Assembly (NCBI GenBank): GCA_963831855.1
Contig: CAWHSA010000006.1
Span: forward strand, 225,843-289,842
From: an uncultured Bacteroidales bacterium
Lineage (GTDB): Bacteria > Bacteroidota > Bacteroidia > Bacteroidales > VadinHA17
Direction: 5' to 3'
DNA length: 64,000 bases
Numbering within the stretch: position 1 is the first letter of the stretch; the number at the start of each line of letters is the position of its first letter. The position numbers and the translations under genes are program-made. This document shows positions 40,551 through 49,401 of the stretch, one piece after another. The notes beneath the pieces were generated by a model, which saw nothing but the letters and a program-made list of their open reading frames with translations, ran no database searches and was not told the DNA's origin.

Positions 40551-40714
40551 TTGGCGGATTGTCAGGCTATTGCCTGGCGAACTCCTTCACCTCGTTCAGT
40601 CGGTTCGAACCGCCGTTTTCAACCACCGTAGCCCTGGCGAAGGTGGTAAACGGATTTGTCCCGCCTTGCGGGACTACCTAACCTCCCGATAATTATCGGG
40701 ACGGTTAACCGACC
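40551..40714 (-). pseudogene. tRNA-Cys-derived element carrying four hairpin insertions or replacements (a degenerate tandem copy, or a tRNA-like leader RNA)
   Basis: Collinear blocks shared with the intact tRNA (plus-strand spelling) are ggcggatt, ttcgaaccgccgt (13/13), taaacgg, tacctaacc (8/9) and cggttaaccgaccat (15/15). Hairpin modules interrupt them at 40561-40603, 40623-40646, 40658-40674 and 40684-40701. The anticodon is lost and the 3' acceptor strand is degenerate. Confidence 0.7.
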
Positions 40715-40728
40715 ATACTTTTGGCATG

Positions 40729-40736
40729 CAAAAATA
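40729..40736 (-). promoter_or_regulatory. Bacteroidota -7 promoter box (TATTTTTG on the minus strand) in front of the tRNA-like element and tRNA-Cys
   Basis: The plus strand reads caaaaata, the complement of TAnnTTTG. It lies about 15 nt upstream of the first tRNA-like nucleotide (40712). I found no comparable box in the 48-nt spacer before the intact tRNA. Confidence 0.45.
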
Positions 40737-40909
40737 ATAAAATTTTGGAAATTGTAAGGATGATGGCTATGTGCTATACAGTCAGACCATTAACCCTTTC
40801 CCATTTCCATCTTTTAGTCCTGAGGCGGGATTTCAGCAAGGATTTGGTATAAACGATTTAACTTACAGGGCAAAGGAAAATCGGCATTGAGCCAGGCGAT
40901 GTCGATTTT

Positions 40910-41953
40910 TTATTCTGGTTTAACCTGTTTAAGGTTTATTTTTACCGGGTTATCCCTGTTACACGAAATCACTCCATCGCTATATTCAAGCTCGGCGACT
41001 TGTATTGAACTCCTGCGTTGTTCATAAGGTCCTTTGCCCCTGTTTTCTGGCGATCTGCCCGGATGGGTAAAATAAAAAATATAAGCCCGGTTCTTACTTA
41101 CCACAACATCCGGATGCCCTCCAATCACCTGGTCATCAGTTCCCTTGCCCGGTTTCTGAAGGATATTACCAGGCTGCCTGACCCAGTTTACCAGATCATC
41201 AGACTGATAAAGACCTAATCCCTGCCAGACATCGACTACCATCCGGTATTTCCCTTTCCAGTAAAATACATTAGGGCCCTCTCCAGGCTGATCCCCGATT
41301 ACTTTTTTCCCGCTGTCCGTCCAGGTATAAAGATCCGGGCTGTCGGCATAATAGATTGATTTATTATCAACTTCGTTATTGTAGTACATTCGCCATCCGC
41401 CCTCTGGCAATTTAAAAACACAGGCATCAATACACCGGGGTGACGATAAATTCAGCTTCGACTCAAATTTCCAATGAAGCAAATCTTTGCTCGTAAAATG
41501 AATTATGTCGCGGGGATGATTCCAGTCTGAAAAAATTCCCGGAACATAGGTAAGAAACATATGGTATAAGCCTTTTTCTTCTATTATTTCCGGAGCCCAG
41601 TGAGTGTAACCGGCTGTACGGTATTGTATATCACAGGTGTCCCTGTATTTCCAGGTTGCCCCGCCATCAGTTGATTCAGCAATTCCGATACGTGTTCCAT
41701 GTACCCATTTCACTCCATCAAGATTTATAACATTTGCCCTCCTGTTGGTATAGAACATGAACCATCTCTTTTCCTTCTTATTATATATGACAGCAGGGTC
41801 AGCCGCTCCATCATATACGGGGTCGCGAAAAAGAGGTTTTGAAGCAACCTGCCCTTTTAATGAAACAGATGAAAAAAACACAACTGTAATGATTCCTTGT
41901 TTTAGAAGAGATATAAACGCTCTACGGAAGGTCGGGACTTTATTATTGTTCAT
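40910..41953 (-). CDS. Five-bladed beta-propeller glycoside hydrolase (GH43-like clan)
   Basis: 347-aa ORF with a signal peptide. Stretches are FRDPVYDGAADPAVIYNKKEKRWFMFYTNRRA, GIAESTDGGATWKY and HWAPEIIEEKGLYHMFLTY. The subfamily is not resolved by eye. Confidence 0.55.
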   Translation of the reverse strand: MNNNKVPTFRRAFISLLKQGIITVVFFSSVSLKGQVASKPLFRDPVYDGAADPAVIYNKKEKRWFMFYTNRRANVINLDGVKWVHGTRIGIAESTDGGATWKYRDTCDIQYRTAGYTHWAPEIIEEKGLYHMFLTYVPGIFSDWNHPRDIIHFTSKDLLHWKFESKLNLSSPRCIDACVFKLPEGGWRMYYNNEVDNKSIYYADSPDLYTWTDSGKKVIGDQPGEGPNVFYWKGKYRMVVDVWQGLGLYQSDDLVNWVRQPGNILQKPGKGTDDQVIGGHPDVVVSKNRAYIFYFTHPGRSPENRGKGPYEQRRSSIQVAELEYSDGVISCNRDNPVKINLKQVKPE

Positions 41954-41995
41954 CTTTTTAATTATTAATCTTATAAACCGGTCACTTACAATACG

Positions 41996-43021
41996 TTATT
42001 TGTCAGGATATGTTACTTCCCCGGTCCTGATATTTAACTTCCAGGGTTTTGGTTCAGGCAGCCATAATTTTCCCTCACCTATCTCCAGAGGCATCCATAA
42101 GTACCGTGAATCCCACTGTGTGGAGGGCTTCCAAATATCACCCATAAAAATGACAGTAGTCTTTTTGGAACCGACGACTTTTATCAGCATTGTGGATTGT
42201 GAGCCATAGGTATTGGTTTCAGGAGGAGCAACATCTTTAAACTCTGTCCATGGACCCTCGAGTGTAGGTGCAGTAGCGTATTTATTAGGATTTGGCTTCC
42301 ACCCCGTAAGATTTGAGCCAATCGAATAGTACAAGCCATTATAATGGACAATTGCTCCGCCTTCCATGTGAGCTTTAACAAGAGTCATATCCTTTTCAAC
42401 AGTCATGTAATCATCTGATAATTTTGCAATGTGAAATCCATTCGGACGGTCCTCAAAAACCAGGTATGCGGTTCCGTCGTCATCAATGAACTGGCCTATA
42501 TCCCGGCTCTCTTGTCCCAGCGGTCGGAATCTTTTGACATACCTGAACTCACCATCTGGCTTGTCTGAAACAGCGACTCCTACCTCTGCAACCCTGTAAC
42601 CTCTATCATCGAGGTGAAAATACATGACATATTTTTTTGTTCTGGAATTATAAAAGACTTTGGGGCGTTCAAGTACCCAGCCCTGGCTGATCGAGTCGGG
42701 CGGAAGCATCTTTACGACATTGCCCATGAACTTCCAATTCAACAAATCTCCGGATGAATAACAGCTTACATACCGGTATTTGCGGTCAAGGTCCCTTCCT
42801 CTTTGTTCACCATACCAGTAATATGTTTTCTTCACCTTGATAATTCCTCCGCCATGTGCCTGAATGTGGTTGCTGTCAGCATCCGGCCATACCTCTCCCG
42901 GTCTGAATGTGTCCAGTTTTACAGGTTTCCCTTTAGTCTGGGCTGTTACAGAAGGAATGAAGGCTATACAGGACAGGATCAGACTGCCGGATAATAATAT
43001 GTTAATCTGTTTCATAATCAA
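41996..43021 (-). CDS. Glycoside hydrolase family 43 protein
   Basis: 341-aa ORF with a signal peptide. Stretches are IQAHGGGIIKVKKTYYWYGE, SSGDLLNWKFMG, LERPKVFYNSRTKKYVMYFH, DIGQFIDDDGTAYLVF and EGGAIVHYNGLYY. Confidence 0.75.
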   Translation of the reverse strand: MIMKQINILLSGSLILSCIAFIPSVTAQTKGKPVKLDTFRPGEVWPDADSNHIQAHGGGIIKVKKTYYWYGEQRGRDLDRKYRYVSCYSSGDLLNWKFMGNVVKMLPPDSISQGWVLERPKVFYNSRTKKYVMYFHLDDRGYRVAEVGVAVSDKPDGEFRYVKRFRPLGQESRDIGQFIDDDGTAYLVFEDRPNGFHIAKLSDDYMTVEKDMTLVKAHMEGGAIVHYNGLYYSIGSNLTGWKPNPNKYATAPTLEGPWTEFKDVAPPETNTYGSQSTMLIKVVGSKKTTVIFMGDIWKPSTQWDSRYLWMPLEIGEGKLWLPEPKPWKLNIRTGEVTYPDK

Positions 43022-43280
43022 TTTTTATTTCCATGCTCGCTCAAAATTCTATAAATATAATGCCTTAAAAGATATATTTTCCCTTTAAGCGGAATTTGTA
43101 CACTTTTAAAATTCTAAATCTATAAAAGTCACAGGATTAAAAAGTTAATATTAATTAATAGTATTTCATGATTCTTTATGATATTTTAGTATTTGCTTTC
43201 TGGTTGAAAATAAAATAGTTCTGATTAGAATTAAGAATTCAATAAAATGAAATCCGGATCATTTATTTGGTTATCTCTGG

Positions 43281-45389
43281 TTGCTTGCAATAGCAAATAC
43301 TTTAAATGGCCAAAAACCTCTTGCACCGGCCGATTATGTAAATCCGCTTATTGGTGCGGCAGGACAGGGATCATGTATGGCAGGCCCCTGCCTGCCGCAT
43401 TCTTCAGTTTATCCGAGCCCTAACACTCTCAATCCAAACAATGGAGGATATAAGGGAGGAGAGAAAATTGTCGGATTTGCTCAGCTTCATACACAGGGTA
43501 CAGGTGGATTAAGTTCATACGGAAATTTTCTCATCGCTCCGCAGGTTGGCCTGGAAACACAGGAAGAAAAATATGCTTCCGACAAATCTGAAGAAGTTGC
43601 AACATGCTGCTATTACAAAGTCAGGCTCACCAGAAATGATATACTTTGTGAAGTCGTGCCTGCAGCCGATGCAGCCCTCTACCGGTTTACCTTTCCTGCC
43701 TCCGGCGACGCATCTGTGACAATAGACGTAGCAAGGAAGCTAAAAGGGGCAATAGGCATAGATGAAGGTTATGTGAATATTATCAGGGAAAAGAATGCCA
43801 TATCGGGAGGCGGAACATACAAAAGCAACTGGCCATCGGACAATACCCGCTGGAAGATGTATTTCTATGCCATTTTCAGCAAGGTACCCGATAATTTCGG
43901 CACGTGGCTGAATGATGAACTGATTCCGGGTAATAATTCTGAAAAATCAGTCAGATCAGGGATGGGGGCATTTTACAAATTCAGTACAAAGCCAAATGAG
44001 CCTGTTTATGTCAAAATAGCCGTATCGTTCAGGAGTGAAGCTCATGCGGAATCACTTCTCAGCCGGGAGATCCCGGGGTGGGATTTTGACAAGCTTAAAA
44101 TGGAAGCAAGAAATTCATGGAACAGTAAGCTTGGAAAAGTCAAGATAGAAGCTTCGGAAAAGGAGAAGACAATTTTTTATACTAATCTGTTTCACAGCTT
44201 TGTACAGCCGAGGAACAGAACAGGCAATAATGCATGGAATACTGATGAGATCTTCTGGGATGATCATTATACGATGTGGGATTCCTGGAAAACAGTTTTC
44301 CCCCTGATGTGCATCCTGGATCCGGATATGGTTTCAGGAAATATAAATTCTTTCATAGCAAGATATAAACATGACAAATATGTTGCTGAAGCATTCATCA
44401 ACGGTGTTGAAAGCCCTGTCGGACAGGGCGGTAACACAGTTGACAAGATAATAGCAGATGCCTATGTTAAAGGGATTAAAGATGTCGACTGGAATGAAGC
44501 TTATAAGATCCTGAAATACAATGCCGACAGCATGAGGACACCGAATTATATTCTTAATGGGTATCATTACACCGGAGAAAAGAACGGCTATTCAAACAGG
44601 ATGTATTCCGGTTCCGGCACACTTGCATTTTCATACGATGATTTCTGCGCTGCCACAGTAGCCAAAGGTCTGGGAAAAACAGATGATTACAATAAGTATT
44701 TAAAGAGATCAGGCAACTGGAAGAATATCTGGAATCCTGATGCAGAAAGCGACGGATTCAAAGGTTTCATTATGGGCAAAAAAAGCGATGGTACCTTCGA
44801 TAAAATTGATCCGAAAACAGGGTACAATAAACATTTTTATGAAGGAACATGCTGGATATATTCTTATGTTATCCCGCAGGATATTCCGGGAATGATCCTA
44901 TATATGGGCGGACCGGAGGTGTTTACCAGGCGCCTGGTCCATGCACTCGATAACAATTATATTGATTTTGGCAATGAGCCTTCATTTATGACATTATGGT
45001 GGTTCTGTCACCCTTTGATAAACAGGCCGGATCTGTGTGCCAAATACTTAAGGACCCGGCTCGTTCCGAAATATACAGATACTTCACTCCCCGGTGATGA
45101 CGACCAGGGCGCCATGGGTTCTCTCTACTTCTTTGCACGTTGCGGATTCTTCCCGGTGGCAGGACAGGATTATTACTTCCTTCACGGTCCTTCCTACAGA
45201 TCGGTTACCATTCAGCTTCCTGGTAAAAAAACTCTCAGGATCCTTGCCCCTGAAGCATCCGAGAAAAATTTATACCTGAAAAGTGTAAAATTCAATGGTA
45301 AGGTCCTGAAAGAATTCAGAATTTTACATTCCGATCTTATGAAAGGAGGGAGGCTTGAATTCGAAATGACTGACAGTCTTTTAAAATAA
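43281..45389 (+). CDS. GH92-like glycoside hydrolase (alpha-mannosidase family). The 5' end is probably frameshifted.
   Basis: 702-aa ORF beginning on TTG. Stretches are YVNPLIGAAG, AQLHTQGTGG, GQGGNTVDKIIADAYVKGI, YEGTCWIYSYVIPQDIPG, GNEPSFM and PGDDDQGAMGSLYFF, matching remembered GH92 blocks. An ATG at 43247 (MKSGSF...) is in another frame. Confidence 0.7.
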   Translation: MLAIANTLNGQKPLAPADYVNPLIGAAGQGSCMAGPCLPHSSVYPSPNTLNPNNGGYKGGEKIVGFAQLHTQGTGGLSSYGNFLIAPQVGLETQEEKYASDKSEEVATCCYYKVRLTRNDILCEVVPAADAALYRFTFPASGDASVTIDVARKLKGAIGIDEGYVNIIREKNAISGGGTYKSNWPSDNTRWKMYFYAIFSKVPDNFGTWLNDELIPGNNSEKSVRSGMGAFYKFSTKPNEPVYVKIAVSFRSEAHAESLLSREIPGWDFDKLKMEARNSWNSKLGKVKIEASEKEKTIFYTNLFHSFVQPRNRTGNNAWNTDEIFWDDHYTMWDSWKTVFPLMCILDPDMVSGNINSFIARYKHDKYVAEAFINGVESPVGQGGNTVDKIIADAYVKGIKDVDWNEAYKILKYNADSMRTPNYILNGYHYTGEKNGYSNRMYSGSGTLAFSYDDFCAATVAKGLGKTDDYNKYLKRSGNWKNIWNPDAESDGFKGFIMGKKSDGTFDKIDPKTGYNKHFYEGTCWIYSYVIPQDIPGMILYMGGPEVFTRRLVHALDNNYIDFGNEPSFMTLWWFCHPLINRPDLCAKYLRTRLVPKYTDTSLPGDDDQGAMGSLYFFARCGFFPVAGQDYYFLHGPSYRSVTIQLPGKKTLRILAPEASEKNLYLKSVKFNGKVLKEFRILHSDLMKGGRLEFEMTDSLLK

Positions 45390-45445
45390 AGAAAGAGGGG
45401 CGTTTTCAGTTAATATCTTCTTTAAATTCAATCCCTTCCGCATAT

Positions 45446-47290
45446 TCACCCGCGAAGTGTCAGTGGTTTAATAATTATCGTCTGCCCGCCTTTTGCTTTT
45501 AAAGATATTGTAAAAGTATCACCTTTTTTGACTTTAATGGTTCTCTTTTGAATACTTCCGGTGTTATCATCTTCATAAATCACAGCGTTATACATTTTCC
45601 CTCTGGTTAAAAAGTTTAAGCTGATAGTTTTCTGCCAGTCTTCGAATCCTGCAGCATTCCCGATGAACCATGTATCCCCGTTACGCCGGGCAACACTTAT
45701 ATTTTTTCCGATGTCTCCGGCCAGGTAATAAGATTCGTTCCAAACTGTCGGGACAAGTTTAAAGAATTCAATCTCGTCCTCATTCGTATAATCATTGGGA
45801 TCACCATACCACAGCATTGCCTGAAGAGGACTGAAATAAATTACGGTGAGTGCCAGCTGCTGGGCTTTACTCACCTTAATGTTTTTCGAGTAACTGTTTT
45901 CAGGATTCGGAAAACAGAAGGTAAAATCCGCAGGACCTGCAAGGAAGCGCGTAAAAGGCAACACTGTTGTATGGAATGCATCGGGGCTGTTCTCATCGCC
46001 CCTGATGCCTTCCTGCGTGAGCAGGGCAGGAAAGGTCCGGCTCAGACCTGTTGGTCTGTAGTTGTCGTGAATATCAAGGATAAAGCCTGCATCATTAACC
46101 TTCTTTATTGCAGAGGTAACCCATTTCCGTCCGTTCTGTGTTGAAGCATCAACAAATCCGAACTTAATACCGCTTACTCCCCATTTTCTGAATAAAGGAA
46201 GCAGCGTGTCGAGCTTTGCTCTCAATCCTGCCTGATTAACATATAAAATAACGCCGATGCCCCTGGTTTTTCCATAGTCTATAACCTTTTGCATGTCAAT
46301 CTGAGGAATAACCTGAGCAGGATCGGAAGAAGTTCTGAATTCTGCCCCGTACCATCCGGCATCATACATGATATACTGGAAATTATGCTTTTCCGCAAAG
46401 TTTATACAATCAATTCCTGCCTGGGTTGTAAGCTGAGCCCGTATCAGCTTGCCGGGTATTATCCATGAAGGAACTCCGGCCGCAGGCGGATCTGCAAGCT
46501 TTAAATAGAGCTGGCTGAATTTGTGAAGGCCGATGGCTGTCTTTGAAATACTGATTGTCCGCCACGGCATCTTGAAAGCGCTGCTATATACGACTGATGT
46601 ATCCTTGCTGAAAAAGGAAATACCAAGACTATTGTCATCTTCTCCCTTCTCAAGTTCTGCCTTCGAATAGAATTTATTATCAGCATCACCCAGACTTATA
46701 TAATAATTATGACTGGTAAGTGTAGCAGGGAAATCACAGGTATTTGCAAAGTTTTTGATTTCAACAGGTGTAAAGACAGATTCATGCAGATACTGATAAA
46801 TGGTAAAGGGGAAAGAAAAGTTGTAAGTCGTATTCTCACGGCTTATGACATATTCTGAAAAGCCAGCCTGTTCCGGTACCCCGATCCTGAATGCCACACT
46901 TCCGTCATATGCCCTGACTATCAGATTATAAGTCACGGCTGGGGACTGACATTCCAGTGTTATCTCATTGTAATAATTATTGATTATCTCATCTTCACCA
47001 AGACGCCATTCAAATTTTTCCCTGACTTTATTAATATTCCTGTTCTTAATAAGGGTATTGTCACCGATGATATTGCCGTTTAATACAAATCCAAGGCTTG
47101 ACCATGTAATTATTTCATTTTTTTCATAAAATACACGATACATCAACTGACCTCCATCAAGCCTGACCTCAAAGGATGTGGTTTTATCGGGGGACGAGAT
47201 TGAAATTTTATCAGGTATCCGGGCAAGATTATCAATTTCACTAATGAAAACCAACACAATAATCAGATATAAAATCTTATTCTTTAACAT
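45446..47290 (-). CDS. Glycoside hydrolase family 97 protein
   Basis: 614-aa ORF. The N-terminus is SSPDKTTSFEVRLDGGQLMYRVFYEKNEII. The catalytic region has YIMYDAGWYG, WGVSGIKFGFVD and ILDIHDNYRPTGLSRTFPALLTQEGIRGDE (GH97-type). Confidence 0.8.
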   Translation of the reverse strand: MLKNKILYLIIVLVFISEIDNLARIPDKISISSPDKTTSFEVRLDGGQLMYRVFYEKNEIITWSSLGFVLNGNIIGDNTLIKNRNINKVREKFEWRLGEDEIINNYYNEITLECQSPAVTYNLIVRAYDGSVAFRIGVPEQAGFSEYVISRENTTYNFSFPFTIYQYLHESVFTPVEIKNFANTCDFPATLTSHNYYISLGDADNKFYSKAELEKGEDDNSLGISFFSKDTSVVYSSAFKMPWRTISISKTAIGLHKFSQLYLKLADPPAAGVPSWIIPGKLIRAQLTTQAGIDCINFAEKHNFQYIMYDAGWYGAEFRTSSDPAQVIPQIDMQKVIDYGKTRGIGVILYVNQAGLRAKLDTLLPLFRKWGVSGIKFGFVDASTQNGRKWVTSAIKKVNDAGFILDIHDNYRPTGLSRTFPALLTQEGIRGDENSPDAFHTTVLPFTRFLAGPADFTFCFPNPENSYSKNIKVSKAQQLALTVIYFSPLQAMLWYGDPNDYTNEDEIEFFKLVPTVWNESYYLAGDIGKNISVARRNGDTWFIGNAAGFEDWQKTISLNFLTRGKMYNAVIYEDDNTGSIQKRTIKVKKGDTFTISLKAKGGQTIIIKPLTLRG

Positions 47291-47380
47291 TCCGGTAAGC
47301 TTAAGTAGTACTTATTCCTGATAAAAGGGTCTGAAAACTGAGCTAATTTAACCACAATAATTTATTTTTCAAGGCCGCTG

Positions 47381-47412
47381 GACTGCAAAACTGCAAAACT
47401 GCAGGACCGCAA
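47381..47412. repeat. Short tandem octamer repeat (ACTGCAAA ACTGCAAA ACTGCAGG ACCGCAAG)
   Basis: Read directly from the sequence. It lies in the 133-nt gap between the tonB stop and the GH97 start. Confidence 0.6.
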
Positions 47413-47423
47413 GACCCTTATCA

Positions 47424-48191
47424 CTATCTGTTAATTCTGAACAATACCGGTACCGAATACCATACCGAAACAGGTTCACCATTCTGTTTTCCGGGTTTGA
47501 ATCTCGGAAGGGTCCCTACAACACGAACTGCTTCCCTGTCAAGAAGCGGATCAACACTTTTTGTGACTTCAATACCACCGACAGATCCGTCAGGACCGAC
47601 AATAAATTTAAGGATAACGCGGCCCTCAATATTGTTTTCCACAGCCTCAGCCGGATAGTTGGTATTTTTCCCTATGAATGCCAGGAGTGCAGCATCTCCA
47701 CCCGGAAATTCAGGCATTTCCCTGACACTGAAAAAGACTTTTGGTTCAACGGGAACAATATCGTTTGAAACCTCAGTATAAGTCACGGCGGTGTCATTCA
47801 CATCCCCGTTGATTGTGTTTTGGATTACATCATCTGTAATAGGTAAAAATGTTGTAACAATAGTGGTGTCATCTACAACCATGGGTGGTACATATAGAAG
47901 TGGTTTAACCGGCCTGGAAGGCAGTTTTGGAGCCGGCTTGTCAGGGATAACCGGGATAAGATTATCAAAACGGGTAATGAAAATATTGACCGGGCCTGCA
48001 GAGGCAGTTCCGGATTCAGTATTAAAAAAGAGAGCAAGAACCAGTGTAACTGCAATGACGACTGCTCCAAGAATAGAAAAGCTGGTTACTGATTTGTAAT
48101 GTTTCCGGAGGTAAAAAGCCCCGTACTCCTTATTGCGGTTCTCGAAAATGATCTCATCAAATCCGGGAACCTTTTTTTCATTCCTCTTCAT
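47424..48191 (-). CDS. tonB: Energy transducer TonB
   Basis: The start is taken at MKRNEKKVPGF inside track ORF 47424..48302. It has a TM helix, a Pro-rich linker (PDKPAPKLPSRPVKP) and a TonB_C domain (MPEFPGGDAALLAFIGKNTNYPAEAVENNIEGRVILKFIVGPDGSV). Confidence 0.85.
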   Translation of the reverse strand: MKRNEKKVPGFDEIIFENRNKEYGAFYLRKHYKSVTSFSILGAVVIAVTLVLALFFNTESGTASAGPVNIFITRFDNLIPVIPDKPAPKLPSRPVKPLLYVPPMVVDDTTIVTTFLPITDDVIQNTINGDVNDTAVTYTEVSNDIVPVEPKVFFSVREMPEFPGGDAALLAFIGKNTNYPAEAVENNIEGRVILKFIVGPDGSVGGIEVTKSVDPLLDREAVRVVGTLPRFKPGKQNGEPVSVWYSVPVLFRINR

Positions 48192-48381
48192 TTCAATAGT
48201 TTTTAGTTGTTTAACAATCACAGGACAACCGCATTCAACTATGCTAAAGAAGAGGTTCATCTTCACTGATTGTTCAGCAAAAAGAGTGCCGGAATTAAGC
48301 AAAAAAGGGAAGGAATAGACGGGAGCTTGGGGGTGAAGAAGGACCCGGAAGTCCTGACATCCTTTTAGCCTGATGCCCGGA

Positions 48382-49278
48382 TTAGTAAGTTCTTGTCATT
48401 TCAGTTGGTACAACTAACACAAAATCAGCCTTTCCCCTGTCATTATCACCCGGGGAGGCTATCTCATCCTGCATCATTGTGGCAATGGTTATAATCTTCA
48501 GACCAGGGTGATATTTATTTAAATACCAGATAATTCCCATATACCTTTCGGAATGATAGCTCCCATTATAATGAATCATGAGTTTCCCAGGCTGCCAGTA
48601 TTTCACGATTGAATATGCCATTGTCGCATCCTTTATTGCCTGGGCTTTCGGAAGATTTTCCGTTGCATGCCCCATGGGGCCGGCCCCTTCCATCGACAGC
48701 ATATCCTTGTAACAGGGAAGTTCAGGATCATATTCGATAGGCAGCGGAGCTATAAATTTAAGACCGTCGGGCGTTACTTTATCCAGAGCTTCAAAACCTG
48801 CTGCAGAAACCATAGAAGCGTAATGCCTTGGTATGTTTGAGGCAATAAATTTAAGTGTGTCCTGTCTTGCCATATCGAGCAGTGGCTTGTAATCTGTCTT
48901 GTAATTCTTCCATAACCTTACTTCACTTTCAAATGAAGATTCCTTAAAGAATCCTGCAAAATATTCATCAATAATTAGCTGATTATCAGTTTCAAACATC
49001 TCTGCCGCCAGCATAAGGTCTTTCCCTTTTTTTTCATACAGGCTTTTAGCCAGCTCCAGCTCCAGCCAGTGTGCTATCGGGTTGTCATGAAGCTCTCCGA
49101 AGAAAACCACATCGGCTTTCGATGCTTCTTTGACTAAATCATTATAGTCGGATTTTTTGCCTTCGCCGTTATAGATGCGATAGGCAGGCTTGTCCTGGGC
49201 ATTGGAAAAAATGGGATGTAAAGAAAGCAGGATGAGAGTCAATAATCTAATATTCTTCATATCAGGATATTTTTTCAT
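48382..49278 (-). CDS. ChaN-family (haem-binding uptake, Tiki-like) lipoprotein
   Basis: 298-aa ORF with the motif ADVVFFGELHDNPIAHWLELEL, characteristic of ChaN/DUF399. Confidence 0.7.
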   Translation of the reverse strand: MKKYPDMKNIRLLTLILLSLHPIFSNAQDKPAYRIYNGEGKKSDYNDLVKEASKADVVFFGELHDNPIAHWLELELAKSLYEKKGKDLMLAAEMFETDNQLIIDEYFAGFFKESSFESEVRLWKNYKTDYKPLLDMARQDTLKFIASNIPRHYASMVSAAGFEALDKVTPDGLKFIAPLPIEYDPELPCYKDMLSMEGAGPMGHATENLPKAQAIKDATMAYSIVKYWQPGKLMIHYNGSYHSERYMGIIWYLNKYHPGLKIITIATMMQDEIASPGDNDRGKADFVLVVPTEMTRTY

Positions 49279-49401
49279 CCCAAAGGAAGATAAAATTCTT
49301 CTAAATCAAATACCCCCTTTGAGGGAAGGCCGGGAAAGAGGTTAAAGAAATAAAAAGGCCGTCACAAGGCGGCCTTTTAACCTCATTATGAATACTTAAA
49401 C

